In this document: one piece after another, positions 1 through 8,018 of the stretch | Position numbering within the stretch: position 1 is the stretch's first letter | How the letters are laid out: each line of letters begins with the position of its first letter | Origin: Dickeya dadantii NCPPB 898 | GTDB taxonomy: Bacteria > Pseudomonadota > Gammaproteobacteria > Enterobacterales > Enterobacteriaceae | Assembly (NCBI RefSeq): GCF_000406145.1 | Contig: NZ_CM001976.1 | Location: 103,186 to 135,185 of the forward strand | Length of the DNA stretch: 32,000 nt | Direction: 5' to 3' | Notes under the pieces: model-generated | The model's input: only the letters and a program-made list of their open reading frames with translations | The model's database searches: none | Told to the model about the DNA's origin: nothing | Program-made: the position numbers and the translations under genes

Positions 1-1
1 C

Positions 2-769
2 CGCATACCGGTCTGGGACGAATTCGTGCCGCGTTTTAAAGCCACGCTGGAACTGGGCGTCTGCGCGATGATTTTCGCGGTGATCGTCGGTATTCCGGTC
101 GGGGTGCTGGCGGCGGTCAAGCGTGGTTCCGTGTTTGATCACACCGCGGTCAGTATTGCGCTGACCGGCTACTCCATGCCGATTTTCTGGTGGGGCATGA
201 TGCTGATCATGCTGGTGTCGGTGCAGCTTAACCTGACGCCGGTATCCGGCCGGGTGGGCGACACGGTGTTTCTGGACGACTCCCTACCGCTGACCGGCTT
301 TATGCTGATCGATACCTTGATCTGGGGCGCGGAGGGCGACTTCAAAGACGCCGTGATGCACATGTTGCTGCCGGCTGTGGTGCTCGGCACCATTCCGCTG
401 GCGGTGATCGTGCGTATGACGCGCTCGGCGATGCTGGAAGTACTGGGCGAGGATTATATCCGCACCGCCCGCGCCAAGGGGCTGGGCCGCCTGCGGGTGA
501 TTGTGGTGCATGCGTTGCGTAACGCCATGCTGCCGGTGGTGACGGTGATTGGCTTGCAGGTGGGCACTATGCTGGCCGGGGCGATCCTCACCGAAACCAT
601 CTTCTCCTGGCCGGGGCTGGGCCGTTGGTTGATCGATGCGCTGCAGCGCCGTGACTATCCGGTGGTGCAGAGCGGGGTACTGCTGGTCGCCACCATGATT
701 ATTCTGGTGAACCTGCTGGTGGATGTACTCTACGGCGTGGTGAACCCGCGTATCCGGCACAAGAAATAA
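2..769 (+). CDS. dppB: Dipeptide ABC transporter permease DppB, 3' portion (5' end lies outside the window)
   Basis: The frame is open from the window edge to the stop at 767-769. The translation (RIPVWDEFVPRFKATLELGVCAMIF...LYGVVNPRIRHKK) closely matches my recollection of the C-terminal ~255 aa of E. coli DppB. dppC, dppD and dppF follow in canonical order. Confidence 0.93.
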   Translation, partial: RIPVWDEFVPRFKATLELGVCAMIFAVIVGIPVGVLAAVKRGSVFDHTAVSIALTGYSMPIFWWGMMLIMLVSVQLNLTPVSGRVGDTVFLDDSLPLTGFMLIDTLIWGAEGDFKDAVMHMLLPAVVLGTIPLAVIVRMTRSAMLEVLGEDYIRTARAKGLGRLRVIVVHALRNAMLPVVTVIGLQVGTMLAGAILTETIFSWPGLGRWLIDALQRRDYPVVQSGVLLVATMIILVNLLVDVLYGVVNPRIRHKK

Positions 770-781
770 GGGGAAGCGGAG

Positions 782-1684
782 ATGACTCACGTTACCGAAT
801 CCGCAGCGACGACTGCGCCGAAGCCGATGACCCCGCTGCAGGAGTTCTGGCACTATTTCAAACGTAATAAAGGGGCCGTGGTCGGCCTGGTCTACATCAT
901 TCTGATGCTGGTGGTGGCGATTGGCGCCAGCGTGCTGGCGCCGCATTCGCCGGCCGAGCAGTTCCGCGACGCGCTGCTTAAACCGCCGGTATGGCAGGAA
1001 GGCGGCAGCTGGCAGTACATCTTCGGCACCGACGACGTGGGCCGCGACGTTCTGTCGCGCCTGATGTACGGCGCGCGCCTGTCGCTGCTGGTGGGCTGTC
1101 TGGTGGTGGTGATGTCGCTGATCCTCGGCGTCGTCTTCGGTCTGGTCGCCGGTTACTTCGGCGGCGCGGTCGATGCCGCCATCATGCGTCTGGTGGATAT
1201 CATGCTGGCGCTGCCGAGCCTGCTGCTGGCGTTGGTGCTGGTGGCGATTTTCGGGCCGTCTATCGTCAATGCGTCACTGGCGCTGACCTTCGTGTCGCTG
1301 CCGCACTACGTGCGCCTGACCCGCGCCGCGGTGCTGGTGGAAGTCAACCGCGACTACGTCACCGCCTCGCGCGTGGCGGGCGCCGGTCCGCTGCGCCAGA
1401 TGTTCGTCAACATTCTCCCTAACTGCCTGGCGCCGTTGATCGTGCAGGCATCGATGGGCTTTTCCAACGCCATTCTCGACATGGCCGCGCTTGGGTTCCT
1501 CGGCATGGGCGCACAGCCGCCCACACCGGAATGGGGCACCATGCTCTCCGACGTGCTGCAGTTTGCGCAGAGCGCCTGGTGGGTGGTGACGTTCCCCGGT
1601 CTGGCGATTCTGCTGACGGTATTGGCATTTAACCTGATGGGGGACGGCCTGCGTGATGCTCTCGACCCCAAACTCAAGCAGTAA
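782..1684 (+). CDS. dppC: Dipeptide ABC transporter permease DppC
   Basis: 300-aa ORF with multiple hydrophobic helices. It has a BPD-type permease signature region ([20 protein letters not shown]). It sits 12 nt after dppB with GGGGAAGCGGAG upstream of the ATG. Confidence 0.93.
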   Translation: MTHVTESAATTAPKPMTPLQEFWHYFKRNKGAVVGLVYIILMLVVAIGASVLAPHSPAEQFRDALLKPPVWQEGGSWQYIFGTDDVGRDVLSRLMYGARLSLLVGCLVVVMSLILGVVFGLVAGYFGGAVDAAIMRLVDIMLALPSLLLALVLVAIFGPSIVNASLALTFVSLPHYVRLTRAAVLVEVNRDYVTASRVAGAGPLRQMFVNILPNCLAPLIVQASMGFSNAILDMAALGFLGMGAQPPTPEWGTMLSDVLQFAQSAWWVVTFPGLAILLTVLAFNLMGDGLRDALDPKLKQ

Positions 1685-1712
1685 CAGAGCAAGCAGTTAT
1701 AGAGGTAGAGAG

Positions 1713-2693
1713 ATGGCGTTACTCAACGTAGAGAAACTGTCCGTTCACTTTGGCGACGAGGGGCTGCCGTTTCGCGCGGTAGACCGTATCAGCTATCAGG
1801 TGGAGCAAGGGCAGGTGGTCGGCATCGTCGGCGAGTCCGGCTCCGGCAAGTCCGTCAGTTCGCTGGCGATCATGGGGTTGATTGATTTCCCCGGCAAGGT
1901 GATGGCCGACCGGCTGGAGTTCAACCAGCGCGACCTGCAGACGCTGTCCGGCAAGGAGCGGCGTCAGCTGGTGGGGGCGGAAGTGGCGATGATCTTCCAG
2001 GACCCGATGACCAGCCTCAACCCCTGCTACACCGTGGGTTTCCAGATTATGGAAGCCATCAAGGTACATCAGGGCGGCAACCGCAAAACCCGCCGTCAGC
2101 GGGCGATCGACCTGCTGAATCAGGTGGGCATTCCCGACCCGGAATCCCGGCTGGACGTGTATCCGCACCAACTGTCGGGCGGGATGAGCCAGCGTGTGAT
2201 GATCGCGATGGCGATCGCCTGTCGGCCGAAGCTGCTGATAGCCGATGAACCGACGACGGCGCTGGACGTGACCATTCAGGCGCAGATTATCGAACTGCTG
2301 CTGGAGTTGCAGCAGAAAGAGAACATGGCGCTGATCCTGATTACCCACGATCTGGCGCTGGTGGCGGAAGCGGCGCACCACATCATCGTGATGTACGCCG
2401 GGCAGGTGGTGGAGTCCGGTAAGGCGTCGGATATTTTCCGCGCTCCGCGTCACCCCTATACCCAGGCGCTGCTGCGCGCGCTGCCGGAATTCGCGGTGGA
2501 CAAGTCCCGCCTGGCGTCGCTGCCGGGTGTGGTGCCGGGCAAATACGACCGGCCGAACGGCTGCCTGCTCAATCCGCGCTGCCCGTACGCCAGCGATCGC
2601 TGCCGTCAGGAAGAGCCTGAGATGCGGGACATCCCCGGTCGTCAGGTGAAATGTCATACACCGCTGGATGATGCGGGGAGGCCAACCGTATGA
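1713..2693 (+). CDS. dppD: Dipeptide ABC transporter ATP-binding protein DppD
   Basis: I chose the internal ATG at 1713 ([13 protein letters not shown]), preceded by AGAGGTAGAGAG, rather than the ORF-track start at 1653. This gives 326 aa, matching E. coli DppD length. Motifs: Walker A GESGSGKS, signature LSGGMSQR, Walker B LLIADEPT. Confidence 0.92.
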   Translation: MALLNVEKLSVHFGDEGLPFRAVDRISYQVEQGQVVGIVGESGSGKSVSSLAIMGLIDFPGKVMADRLEFNQRDLQTLSGKERRQLVGAEVAMIFQDPMTSLNPCYTVGFQIMEAIKVHQGGNRKTRRQRAIDLLNQVGIPDPESRLDVYPHQLSGGMSQRVMIAMAIACRPKLLIADEPTTALDVTIQAQIIELLLELQQKENMALILITHDLALVAEAAHHIIVMYAGQVVESGKASDIFRAPRHPYTQALLRALPEFAVDKSRLASLPGVVPGKYDRPNGCLLNPRCPYASDRCRQEEPEMRDIPGRQVKCHTPLDDAGRPTV

Positions 2694-3697
2694 GCCAGAC
2701 CATGAATGCCGCCGGGCAGCCGTACCTGCTGCAGGCGATTGATTTGAAAAAACACTACCCGGTGAAAAAGGGGTTGTTCGCGCCGGAGCGGCTGGTAAAG
2801 GCGCTGGACGGCGTGTCTTTCACGCTGGAGCGCGGCAAAACGCTGGCGGTGGTGGGTGAGTCCGGCTGCGGCAAGTCTACGCTGGGCCGCTTGCTGACCA
2901 TGATTGAAACCCCGTCGCACGGTGAGCTGTATTATCAGGGGCAGGACCTGCTCAAGCCGGACCCGGCGGCGCAGAAGCTGCGCCGGCAGAAAATTCAGAT
3001 CGTGTTCCAGAACCCGTATGCGTCGCTTAATCCGCGCAAAAAGGTCGGCCAGATCCTGGAAGAGCCGCTGGTGATCAACACCGATCTCAGCAAGGCGGAA
3101 CGCCGCGAGAAAGCGCTGGCGATGATGGCGAAAGTGGGCCTGAAAACCGAGCACTACGACCGCTATCCGCACATGTTTTCCGGCGGCCAGCGCCAGCGTA
3201 TCGCCATCGCCCGCGGGCTGATGCTCGACCCGGACGTGGTGATCGCCGACGAACCGGTGTCCGCGCTGGACGTATCGGTGCGCGCGCAGGTGCTGAACCT
3301 GATGATGGATTTGCAGCAGGATCTGGGGCTGTCTTACGTGTTCATCTCGCACGACCTGTCGGTGGTGGAGCACATCGCCGATGAAGTGATGGTGATGTAT
3401 CTGGGCCGCTGCGTGGAGAAAGGCAGCAAAGACGCGATTTTCAGCAACCCGCGCCACCCGTACACCCAGGCGCTGTTGTCCGCTACGCCGCGTCTGAACC
3501 CGGACGCTCGCCGTGAACGCATCAAGCTGACCGGCGAGCTGCCAAGTCCGCTCAGTCCGCCGCCGGGCTGCGCTTTCAACGCCCGCTGCCAGCACCGCTT
3601 CGGCACCTGTACCCAGCTGCAGCCGCAGCTGAAACCGCACGGCGAGCAACTGGTCGCCTGCTTCGCGGTGGAGCAGGAGGACAGTCAGGTAAGCTGA
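2690..3697 (+). CDS. dppF: Dipeptide ABC transporter ATP-binding protein DppF
   Basis: 335 aa. Motifs: Walker [10 protein letters not shown], signature FSGGQRQR, Walker [13 protein letters not shown]. The start overlaps the dppD stop (ATGA at 2690-2693), which suggests translational coupling. Confidence 0.94.
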   Translation: MSQTMNAAGQPYLLQAIDLKKHYPVKKGLFAPERLVKALDGVSFTLERGKTLAVVGESGCGKSTLGRLLTMIETPSHGELYYQGQDLLKPDPAAQKLRRQKIQIVFQNPYASLNPRKKVGQILEEPLVINTDLSKAERREKALAMMAKVGLKTEHYDRYPHMFSGGQRQRIAIARGLMLDPDVVIADEPVSALDVSVRAQVLNLMMDLQQDLGLSYVFISHDLSVVEHIADEVMVMYLGRCVEKGSKDAIFSNPRHPYTQALLSATPRLNPDARRERIKLTGELPSPLSPPPGCAFNARCQHRFGTCTQLQPQLKPHGEQLVACFAVEQEDSQVS

Positions 3698-3731
3698 CGT
3701 CTGTGGTAAGTAACATCGGTAGTGAAACAAA

Positions 3732-3765
3732 AACGGCCCCGATTAAAACCGGGGCCGTTTTTTTA
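3732..3765. terminator. Bidirectional rho-independent terminator shared by dppF (+) and the convergent DUF3828-like gene (-)
   Basis: Perfect 10-bp stem AACGGCCCCG (3732-3741) / CGGGGCCGTT (3750-3759). An A-run lies on the left and TTTTTTT on the right, so a U-tract follows the hairpin on both strands. Confidence 0.75.
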
Positions 3766-3802
3766 TACGCAGGATCGGCCGAGCGGCCTTACCCGGCATA
3801 AA

Positions 3803-4336
3803 TTATTTTTTGGTAAACATCTCGTCCAGGTCCGTCACCGAGCGCAGTTTCCAGACGCCGTTTTCCTGCACATAGCAACTGACGAGGCGTTTCGGGCTCT
3901 TTTTGCCCAACACCATATACAGGTTGGCGCAGACAGGGTCGGCATCGGTACTTTCGATACTGATATTCTGCCGCCAGTCTTCATCGTCAAAATCCTGTAC
4001 CCGGAGAAAGAAATCCACATCCATGGAAACCTTTGAGGTGCGCAGCGTCTTGACGGTGTTGCGGGCGACATATTTTTCCAGTGTCGGGTCATTATCCTGA
4101 ATGGGGTACTTGTTCTGAATAATTTGCCTGAGATACCACTGATAAAACGCAACCGCCTGTTTTGCCGCGCCATCGGTATCCACGTATTCCTCTTCTTCCT
4201 CTTCAGCGGCAGGCGCGGCGCTGGGAGCCGTCAGCTCGGCTTTGAGTGTATCCGTATCGGCATGCTTTGGCGCCGGGGCGTCGGCTGCATAGGATGCGGC
4301 GGATAACAGCAGTACCAGAGGGAGTAACTTGTTCAT
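3803..4336 (-). CDS. Secreted protein of unknown function, DUF3828-like
   Basis: 177 aa. It has an N-terminal signal peptide (MNKLLPLVLLLSAASYA/AD), then an Ala/Pro plus EEEEEE acidic linker, then a globular part with the FYQWYL motif I associate with DUF3828. The family name is from memory only. Confidence 0.6.
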   Translation of the reverse strand: MNKLLPLVLLLSAASYAADAPAPKHADTDTLKAELTAPSAAPAAEEEEEEYVDTDGAAKQAVAFYQWYLRQIIQNKYPIQDNDPTLEKYVARNTVKTLRTSKVSMDVDFFLRVQDFDDEDWRQNISIESTDADPVCANLYMVLGKKSPKRLVSCYVQENGVWKLRSVTDLDEMFTKK

Positions 4337-4394
4337 TTTTATATCCTTATAACAGTTCAGTAATTGTGTTAGACGTTCGACGGGATAGGGCGCT

Positions 4395-4709
4395 TTATTC
4401 TCTCAATTGCCGCCACTTGCTATCGATCTCCCGCTGAATGGTGGTGATCAATGGAGCTGGTAGGTTGAAATGGCTGGCTTCCCGATGAAATCCTTTGGCG
4501 ACGTCGTAGAGCTCATCCGCCATGTCGAGTACGGCTTTGGCCTTTGATAACCCAGCCTGCCCCGCCAGTTGCTCCATTGTGCTTAAGGTAATTCGGGAAC
4601 CGTGACCATTAAACGCCGTCATATGCTCACCCTGTGGCGATGGACTGTAGACCACATCATAAAACGGGGAAAGTCGCCAGTTGTCCAACCCGTTCGTCCC
4701 GGCCATCAC
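4395..4709 (-). pseudogene. C-terminal remnant (~104 codons) of a HipA-family kinase toxin gene
   Basis: The translation (WRLSPFYDVVYSPSPQGEHMTAFNGHGSRITL...AGLSKAKA...) resembles the last ~100 residues of HipA-type kinases (WRLAPAYD-like motif onward). No P-loop or catalytic DxHxKN region is present. The frame is closed by a TAA immediately upstream of the GTG/ATG. Only 29 nt separate it from the hipB-like stop, so about 1 kb of a normal hipA is absent. Confidence 0.55.
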
Positions 4710-4738
4710 TTAAGCGGCGTATGACATCCAGAGGCACA

Positions 4739-5011
4739 CTAAGCATTTTTGAGAACCTCTTCGATGCTGGTCGGCGTATGCGCTTGATTGGTGAGCGTGT
4801 TGAGATCGTTCAGGTTGCCCAGAACTTCGTACAACATCAGAAACTGTCTGAGTGAGATGTTACCTGTAGCTTCAAATTTGCGGATAGTGCTGTTGGGAAC
4901 ACCGGACTGTCGGGCCAGCGCATCGACAGAGAGTTTGCGATGTTTGCGCATCGCTTTCAGGTGCTGTTTGAGGTTTTGTTGAATATCGTAAGCCGTGTGT
5001 AGCGATAGCAT
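4739..5011 (-). CDS. XRE/HipB-like helix-turn-helix protein (antitoxin-type autoregulator)
   Basis: 90 aa with an HTH segment (LSVDALARQSGVPNSTIRKFE). AGGAG lies 7 nt upstream of the ATG. It sits directly upstream of the HipA remnant, as in hipBA modules, and palindromic operators lie in its promoter region. Confidence 0.75.
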   Translation of the reverse strand: MLSLHTAYDIQQNLKQHLKAMRKHRKLSVDALARQSGVPNSTIRKFEATGNISLRQFLMLYEVLGNLNDLNTLTNQAHTPTSIEEVLKNA

Positions 5012-5030
5012 ATCAAGGCTCCTGAATACA

Positions 5031-5060
5031 CCATATTTGCTACTATATTAGCAAATATGG
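5031..5060. promoter_or_regulatory. Operator-like perfect palindrome 1 (12-6-12) upstream of the hipB-like gene
   Basis: CCATATTTGCTA (5031-5042), spacer ctatat, TAGCAAATATGG (5049-5060); the arms are exact reverse complements. On the minus strand a TAATAT -10-like hexamer overlaps the centre. Confidence 0.5.
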
Positions 5061-5071
5061 CCTAAAAATGA

Positions 5072-5101
5072 CATTAGTTGCTAATATGGTAGCAACTAAT
5101 G
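5072..5101. promoter_or_regulatory. Operator-like perfect palindrome 2 (12-6-12); could also act as the terminator of the MocR-type gene
   Basis: CATTAGTTGCTA (5072-5083), spacer atatgg, TAGCAACTAATG (5090-5101). It shares the TTGCTA-N6-TAGCAA core with palindrome 1, and the two centres are 41 bp apart. It lies 8 nt downstream of the stop at 5109 and is followed on the minus strand by TCATTTTT. Confidence 0.45.
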
Positions 5102-5108
5102 TTGTCGG

Positions 5109-6542
5109 CTACGTCATCAATCCCGATGGCCGCTCGGTTCTGTTCTCCCGGACCCAGCGCGCCAGCAGCCGAATAGCGTCGTGCACCTCTTCGTTCCAGC
5201 CGAAACCGGCGTTTAGCCGCAGGCAGTGGTCGTAGCGCCGATCGGTGGCAAAAATATGCCCCGGCGCGATGCCGATGCCTTCCTGACGGGCGCGGGAAAA
5301 CAGCTCGCGCGACGAGCAACAGCCCGGCGGCAGCGTAACCCAGATGGCGTAGCCGCCTTCCGGTTGCGAAACCTGAGTGCCCGCCGGGAAGTAATGCAGC
5401 ACCGCCTGACGCAGCCGGGCAACCTGGCGCGCCAGCTCGCGGCGCAGCTTGCGCAGATGGGCGTCGTAACCGCCGTTGCGCAATAGCTCGGCCAGCGCTA
5501 CCTGCGGCGTCAGCGACGTGCCCATGGTGGAGGTGAACTTGAGGGCGGCGAGTTTGCGCTGCCAGTGGGCGCCGCTGACCCAGCCGATGCGGATGCCGGG
5601 GCCGACCGTCTTGGAAAAGCCGTTGCAGAGCAGCACATTGGGGCTGAACGCGCGTAACGGAAACGGCCGCTGTTCGCCGTAAGCGGTATCGGCAAAGGTA
5701 TCGTCTTCAATCAGCGCGATGCCATACCGATCCGCCGCCTCGGCGATACGGCGCTTGTAGGTGTCCGGCAGGCTGGTGCCAAGCGGATTGTTGATGTTGG
5801 TCAGTGAGATGAACGCGCTCACCTGACGCTGGCTGAACAGCGACGCCAGTTGCTCCGCGTCCACATGCCCGCTGGCGTCCTGGCCGACTTCCACCACCCG
5901 CAGTCCCAGATTGCGCAACATCTGCAACAGCACGAAATAACAGGGCGATTGCACCGCCACCGCGTCGCCGCTGCGGGTTACCGCCCGCAACGACAGCGAC
6001 AGCGCTTCGATACAGCCGTTGGTGATCAGAATATCGTCGGGATGCAGGTGGCAGCCGTAATTCAGCGCCCGGCGCGCAATTTCTTCCTTCAGCGGCAGAT
6101 AACCGCTGCCCTTGACGTCGTTGCCCAGCATCATCGGGTTGGTGTAGCTGGCCTGACGGATCAACCGCCCCATCTTTTTCAGCGGATAGAGCGCGTTATC
6201 GCCGTTGGCCAGATCGAGCCGCACCCGGCATTCGGTACCGACCAGCGACAGGTGTAGTTCGGTTTGTTCATCAAGCACCGGCAGCGCGACCGGCTGCGGG
6301 ACAGGAGCCATAGCGTTGCCGCGGCGCGTGTCGGCGACAAAAAAGCCGGATTTGGGCCGGACAAGGGCGAAATGCTCATCTTCCAGCGTCCGCAGCACTT
6401 TCATCGCCGTGGTGGCGCTGGTGCCGTGTTGCTGCGCCAGCGCCCGCACCGATGGAAGACGGTGATGAGCGGGCAGCGTGCCGCTCTGGATAGCCCGAAT
6501 AAAGTGATCGGCAATCTGGCGGTAGCGGGGCGTGTCTGGCAT
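5109..6542 (-). CDS. MocR/PdxR-type GntR-family transcriptional regulator with a PLP-dependent aminotransferase-like domain
   Basis: 477 aa. N-terminal GntR winged HTH (LPSVRALAQQHGTSATTAMKVLRTLEDEHFALVRPKSGFFV). A long C-terminal class I aminotransferase fold carries the SKTVGPGIRIGW lysine motif. Confidence 0.88.
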   Translation of the reverse strand: MPDTPRYRQIADHFIRAIQSGTLPAHHRLPSVRALAQQHGTSATTAMKVLRTLEDEHFALVRPKSGFFVADTRRGNAMAPVPQPVALPVLDEQTELHLSLVGTECRVRLDLANGDNALYPLKKMGRLIRQASYTNPMMLGNDVKGSGYLPLKEEIARRALNYGCHLHPDDILITNGCIEALSLSLRAVTRSGDAVAVQSPCYFVLLQMLRNLGLRVVEVGQDASGHVDAEQLASLFSQRQVSAFISLTNINNPLGTSLPDTYKRRIAEAADRYGIALIEDDTFADTAYGEQRPFPLRAFSPNVLLCNGFSKTVGPGIRIGWVSGAHWQRKLAALKFTSTMGTSLTPQVALAELLRNGGYDAHLRKLRRELARQVARLRQAVLHYFPAGTQVSQPEGGYAIWVTLPPGCCSSRELFSRARQEGIGIAPGHIFATDRRYDHCLRLNAGFGWNEEVHDAIRLLARWVRENRTERPSGLMT

Positions 6543-6627
6543 CGGGAAGTCCCTGAATTCAGCAGTGATGCCGACAGGTTACGTTGAAGCGTGGGCGACA
6601 GACAATCCTGCCGTATCGCTAAACCAG

Positions 6628-6651
6628 CCAGCCCGCAGGCCAACGGGCTGG
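6628..6651 (-). terminator. Weak terminator-like hairpin after the VOC gene
   Basis: 8-bp stem CCAGCCCG (6628-6635) / CGGGCTGG (6644-6651). On the minus strand it begins about 10 nt after the stop at 6662 and is followed only by a short TTTAG. Confidence 0.3.
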
Positions 6652-6661
6652 CCGGCTATCA

Positions 6662-7033
6662 TCAGGCGTTGGGATAGGCAAACACGCGCAGACGATGGCC
6701 GTCCGGATCCTGCACCGTAAAGGTATAGCCAAAGTCCACGGTGGTCGGTATCTGGATGACGGTCACGTCCTGTGCGGTCCATCGGGCGTAGCAGGCATCG
6801 ACCGCCGCCTGATCCGGCAGGCGGAAAGCCAGTTCGCCGGAAAAGCCCGGCTGCGCAACGGCGGGTTCCACGGTGTGTTTTGACCACAACCCCAGCACCA
6901 GGTCGGCTTTCAGCGCAAACATCGCAAAGGTGGGAGATTGTTCTACCGGGGCCAGCTCCAGCAACTGGCTGTAAAAACGGGCGCTGCGGGCCGGGTTATC
7001 AACGTAGAAAAGCACGTAATGGGCGTCTGTCAT
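6662..7033 (-). CDS. VOC (glyoxalase/bleomycin-resistance/dioxygenase) family protein
   Basis: I chose the internal start at 7033 (MTDAHYVLFYVDNPARSARFY), with GGAG 7 nt upstream, giving 123 aa. The longer ORF-track form (to 7348) would overlap the upstream regulator. The short beta-alpha-beta repeat pattern and the ...DPDGHRLRVF C-terminal motif are typical of VOC proteins. Confidence 0.82.
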   Translation of the reverse strand: MTDAHYVLFYVDNPARSARFYSQLLELAPVEQSPTFAMFALKADLVLGLWSKHTVEPAVAQPGFSGELAFRLPDQAAVDACYARWTAQDVTVIQIPTTVDFGYTFTVQDPDGHRLRVFAYPNA

Positions 7034-7057
7034 GATGCACTCCGATAAAGGGGTAAA

Positions 7058-7093
7058 CCGGCGTTGCCCTGCATGATTGCAGGGCAACGCCGG
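7058..7093 (-). other. Perfect 16-bp stem hairpin between the YafY-type regulator gene and the VOC gene
   Basis: CCGGCGTTGCCCTGCA (7058-7073), loop tgat, TGCAGGGCAACGCCGG (7078-7093). On the minus strand it is followed by GTTTACCCC, a poor U-tract. It is a candidate terminator, attenuator or RNA-stability element. Confidence 0.4.
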
Positions 7094-7154
7094 GGTTCGA
7101 AAGTCCGGCGGTGTGCCGTATTCGTACCTTATCTCGCCCCGCTGACAGTTTTTG

Positions 7155-7856
7155 TCAGTAGCCTTCTTTGGGCAATTGGATGCCTTGCTGCTCCCGCCAT
7201 TGTTTGAACAGACGGCGCCTTGATACCGGGTAAGTGTCGGCTTCGACCGTAAAGGCGAGGATGCGGTCGGTACGGAAGTGGCGGAACGCCTGACGTGTTT
7301 CGCACCAGGCGCCAAGAACCCGGACCTGTTCGAAATAGCCCAGCACAAATGGCCAGATCAAGCGGGTTGAGGTGTTGCCTTGCCCGTCCTGATAATGCAG
7401 CGTGACTTTGCGTCCGTCGCGGATCGCCTGACGCAGCGGTTGCAGGTCAACGCTATCGCGCGCCGTCTGGTTCGTCGGCGCCACCAGCAGCGTGGTGCCG
7501 TCCAGCGTGTCGCGCAGCGCCTCAGGCAGTACGGCGGCGATTTTCATCAGTGCGTTTCTGGCGCCTTCCTGCAGACGGGGGTCTGCCTGTCTGGCTACCC
7601 AGCGCGACCCCAGCACCAACGCTTCAATCTCCTCGTCGGTGAACATCAGCGGCGGCAGGGTGAAACCCGGTTGCAGCACGTAGCCAAGGCCGGCTTCGCC
7701 GATAATCGGCGCGCCCTGGGATTGCAGCGTGGCGATATCGCGGTACAGCGTGCGCAGGCTGATGCCCAGTTTGTCCGCCAGCTGCGGGCCGGGCACGGCG
7801 AAGCGATGGCTTCTCAGCAGTTGAATCAGGGCGAGCAGGCGTTGGGCGCGAGACAT
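7155..7856 (-). CDS. YafY-family transcriptional regulator (N-terminal DeoR-like HTH plus WYL domain)
   Basis: 233 aa. The N-terminus (MSRAQRLLALIQLLRSHRFAVPGPQLADKLGISLRTLYRDIATLQ) is the typical YafY HTH. The central part (RKVTLHYQDGQGNTSTRLIWPFVLGY) matches the WYL-domain pattern. Confidence 0.88.
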   Translation of the reverse strand: MSRAQRLLALIQLLRSHRFAVPGPQLADKLGISLRTLYRDIATLQSQGAPIIGEAGLGYVLQPGFTLPPLMFTDEEIEALVLGSRWVARQADPRLQEGARNALMKIAAVLPEALRDTLDGTTLLVAPTNQTARDSVDLQPLRQAIRDGRKVTLHYQDGQGNTSTRLIWPFVLGYFEQVRVLGAWCETRQAFRHFRTDRILAFTVEADTYPVSRRRLFKQWREQQGIQLPKEGY

Positions 7857-8018
7857 GCGTGAGTTTCCCTCTTAAACCGGATGTGGCGATGGTAATCGGA
7901 TATCGTGATTTTACACCGACGCTCTGTATTACCCGTCATTGCGCGCAACTGTGTCTGTCGGCCGTACCGATTTGCCAGTAGCGTAATCAGCAGGTGTGAT
8001 TCTTAAAAGCAGGAAAAA

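Noticed and set aside
284-3730. Minus-strand ORFs of 220-358 codons (284-946, 1719-2657, 2654-3730) antisense to dppB, dppC, dppD and dppF.
   Set aside because: They are antisense to a canonical ABC transporter operon and have no motifs, ribosome-binding sites or plausible composition.
3722-4336. Plus-strand ORFs 3722-4036, 3903-4100 and 4124-4306 opposite the DUF3828-like gene.
   Set aside because: They begin inside or next to the dppF terminator hairpin and are antisense to an ORF with a clear signal peptide and ribosome-binding site. Their products have no features.
6662-7348. N-terminally extended versions of real genes in the ORF track: 6662-7348 (VOC), 21019-22512 (dctA), 22714-24282 (yhjJ), 26885-28189 (yhhS), 28245-28910 (dcrB), 12878-15514 (bcsB), 1653-2693 (dppD).
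   Set aside because: In each case an internal ATG with a ribosome-binding site gives a product whose N-terminus and length match the known family (signal peptide, lipobox or E. coli orthologue). The extensions overlap upstream genes or spacers.
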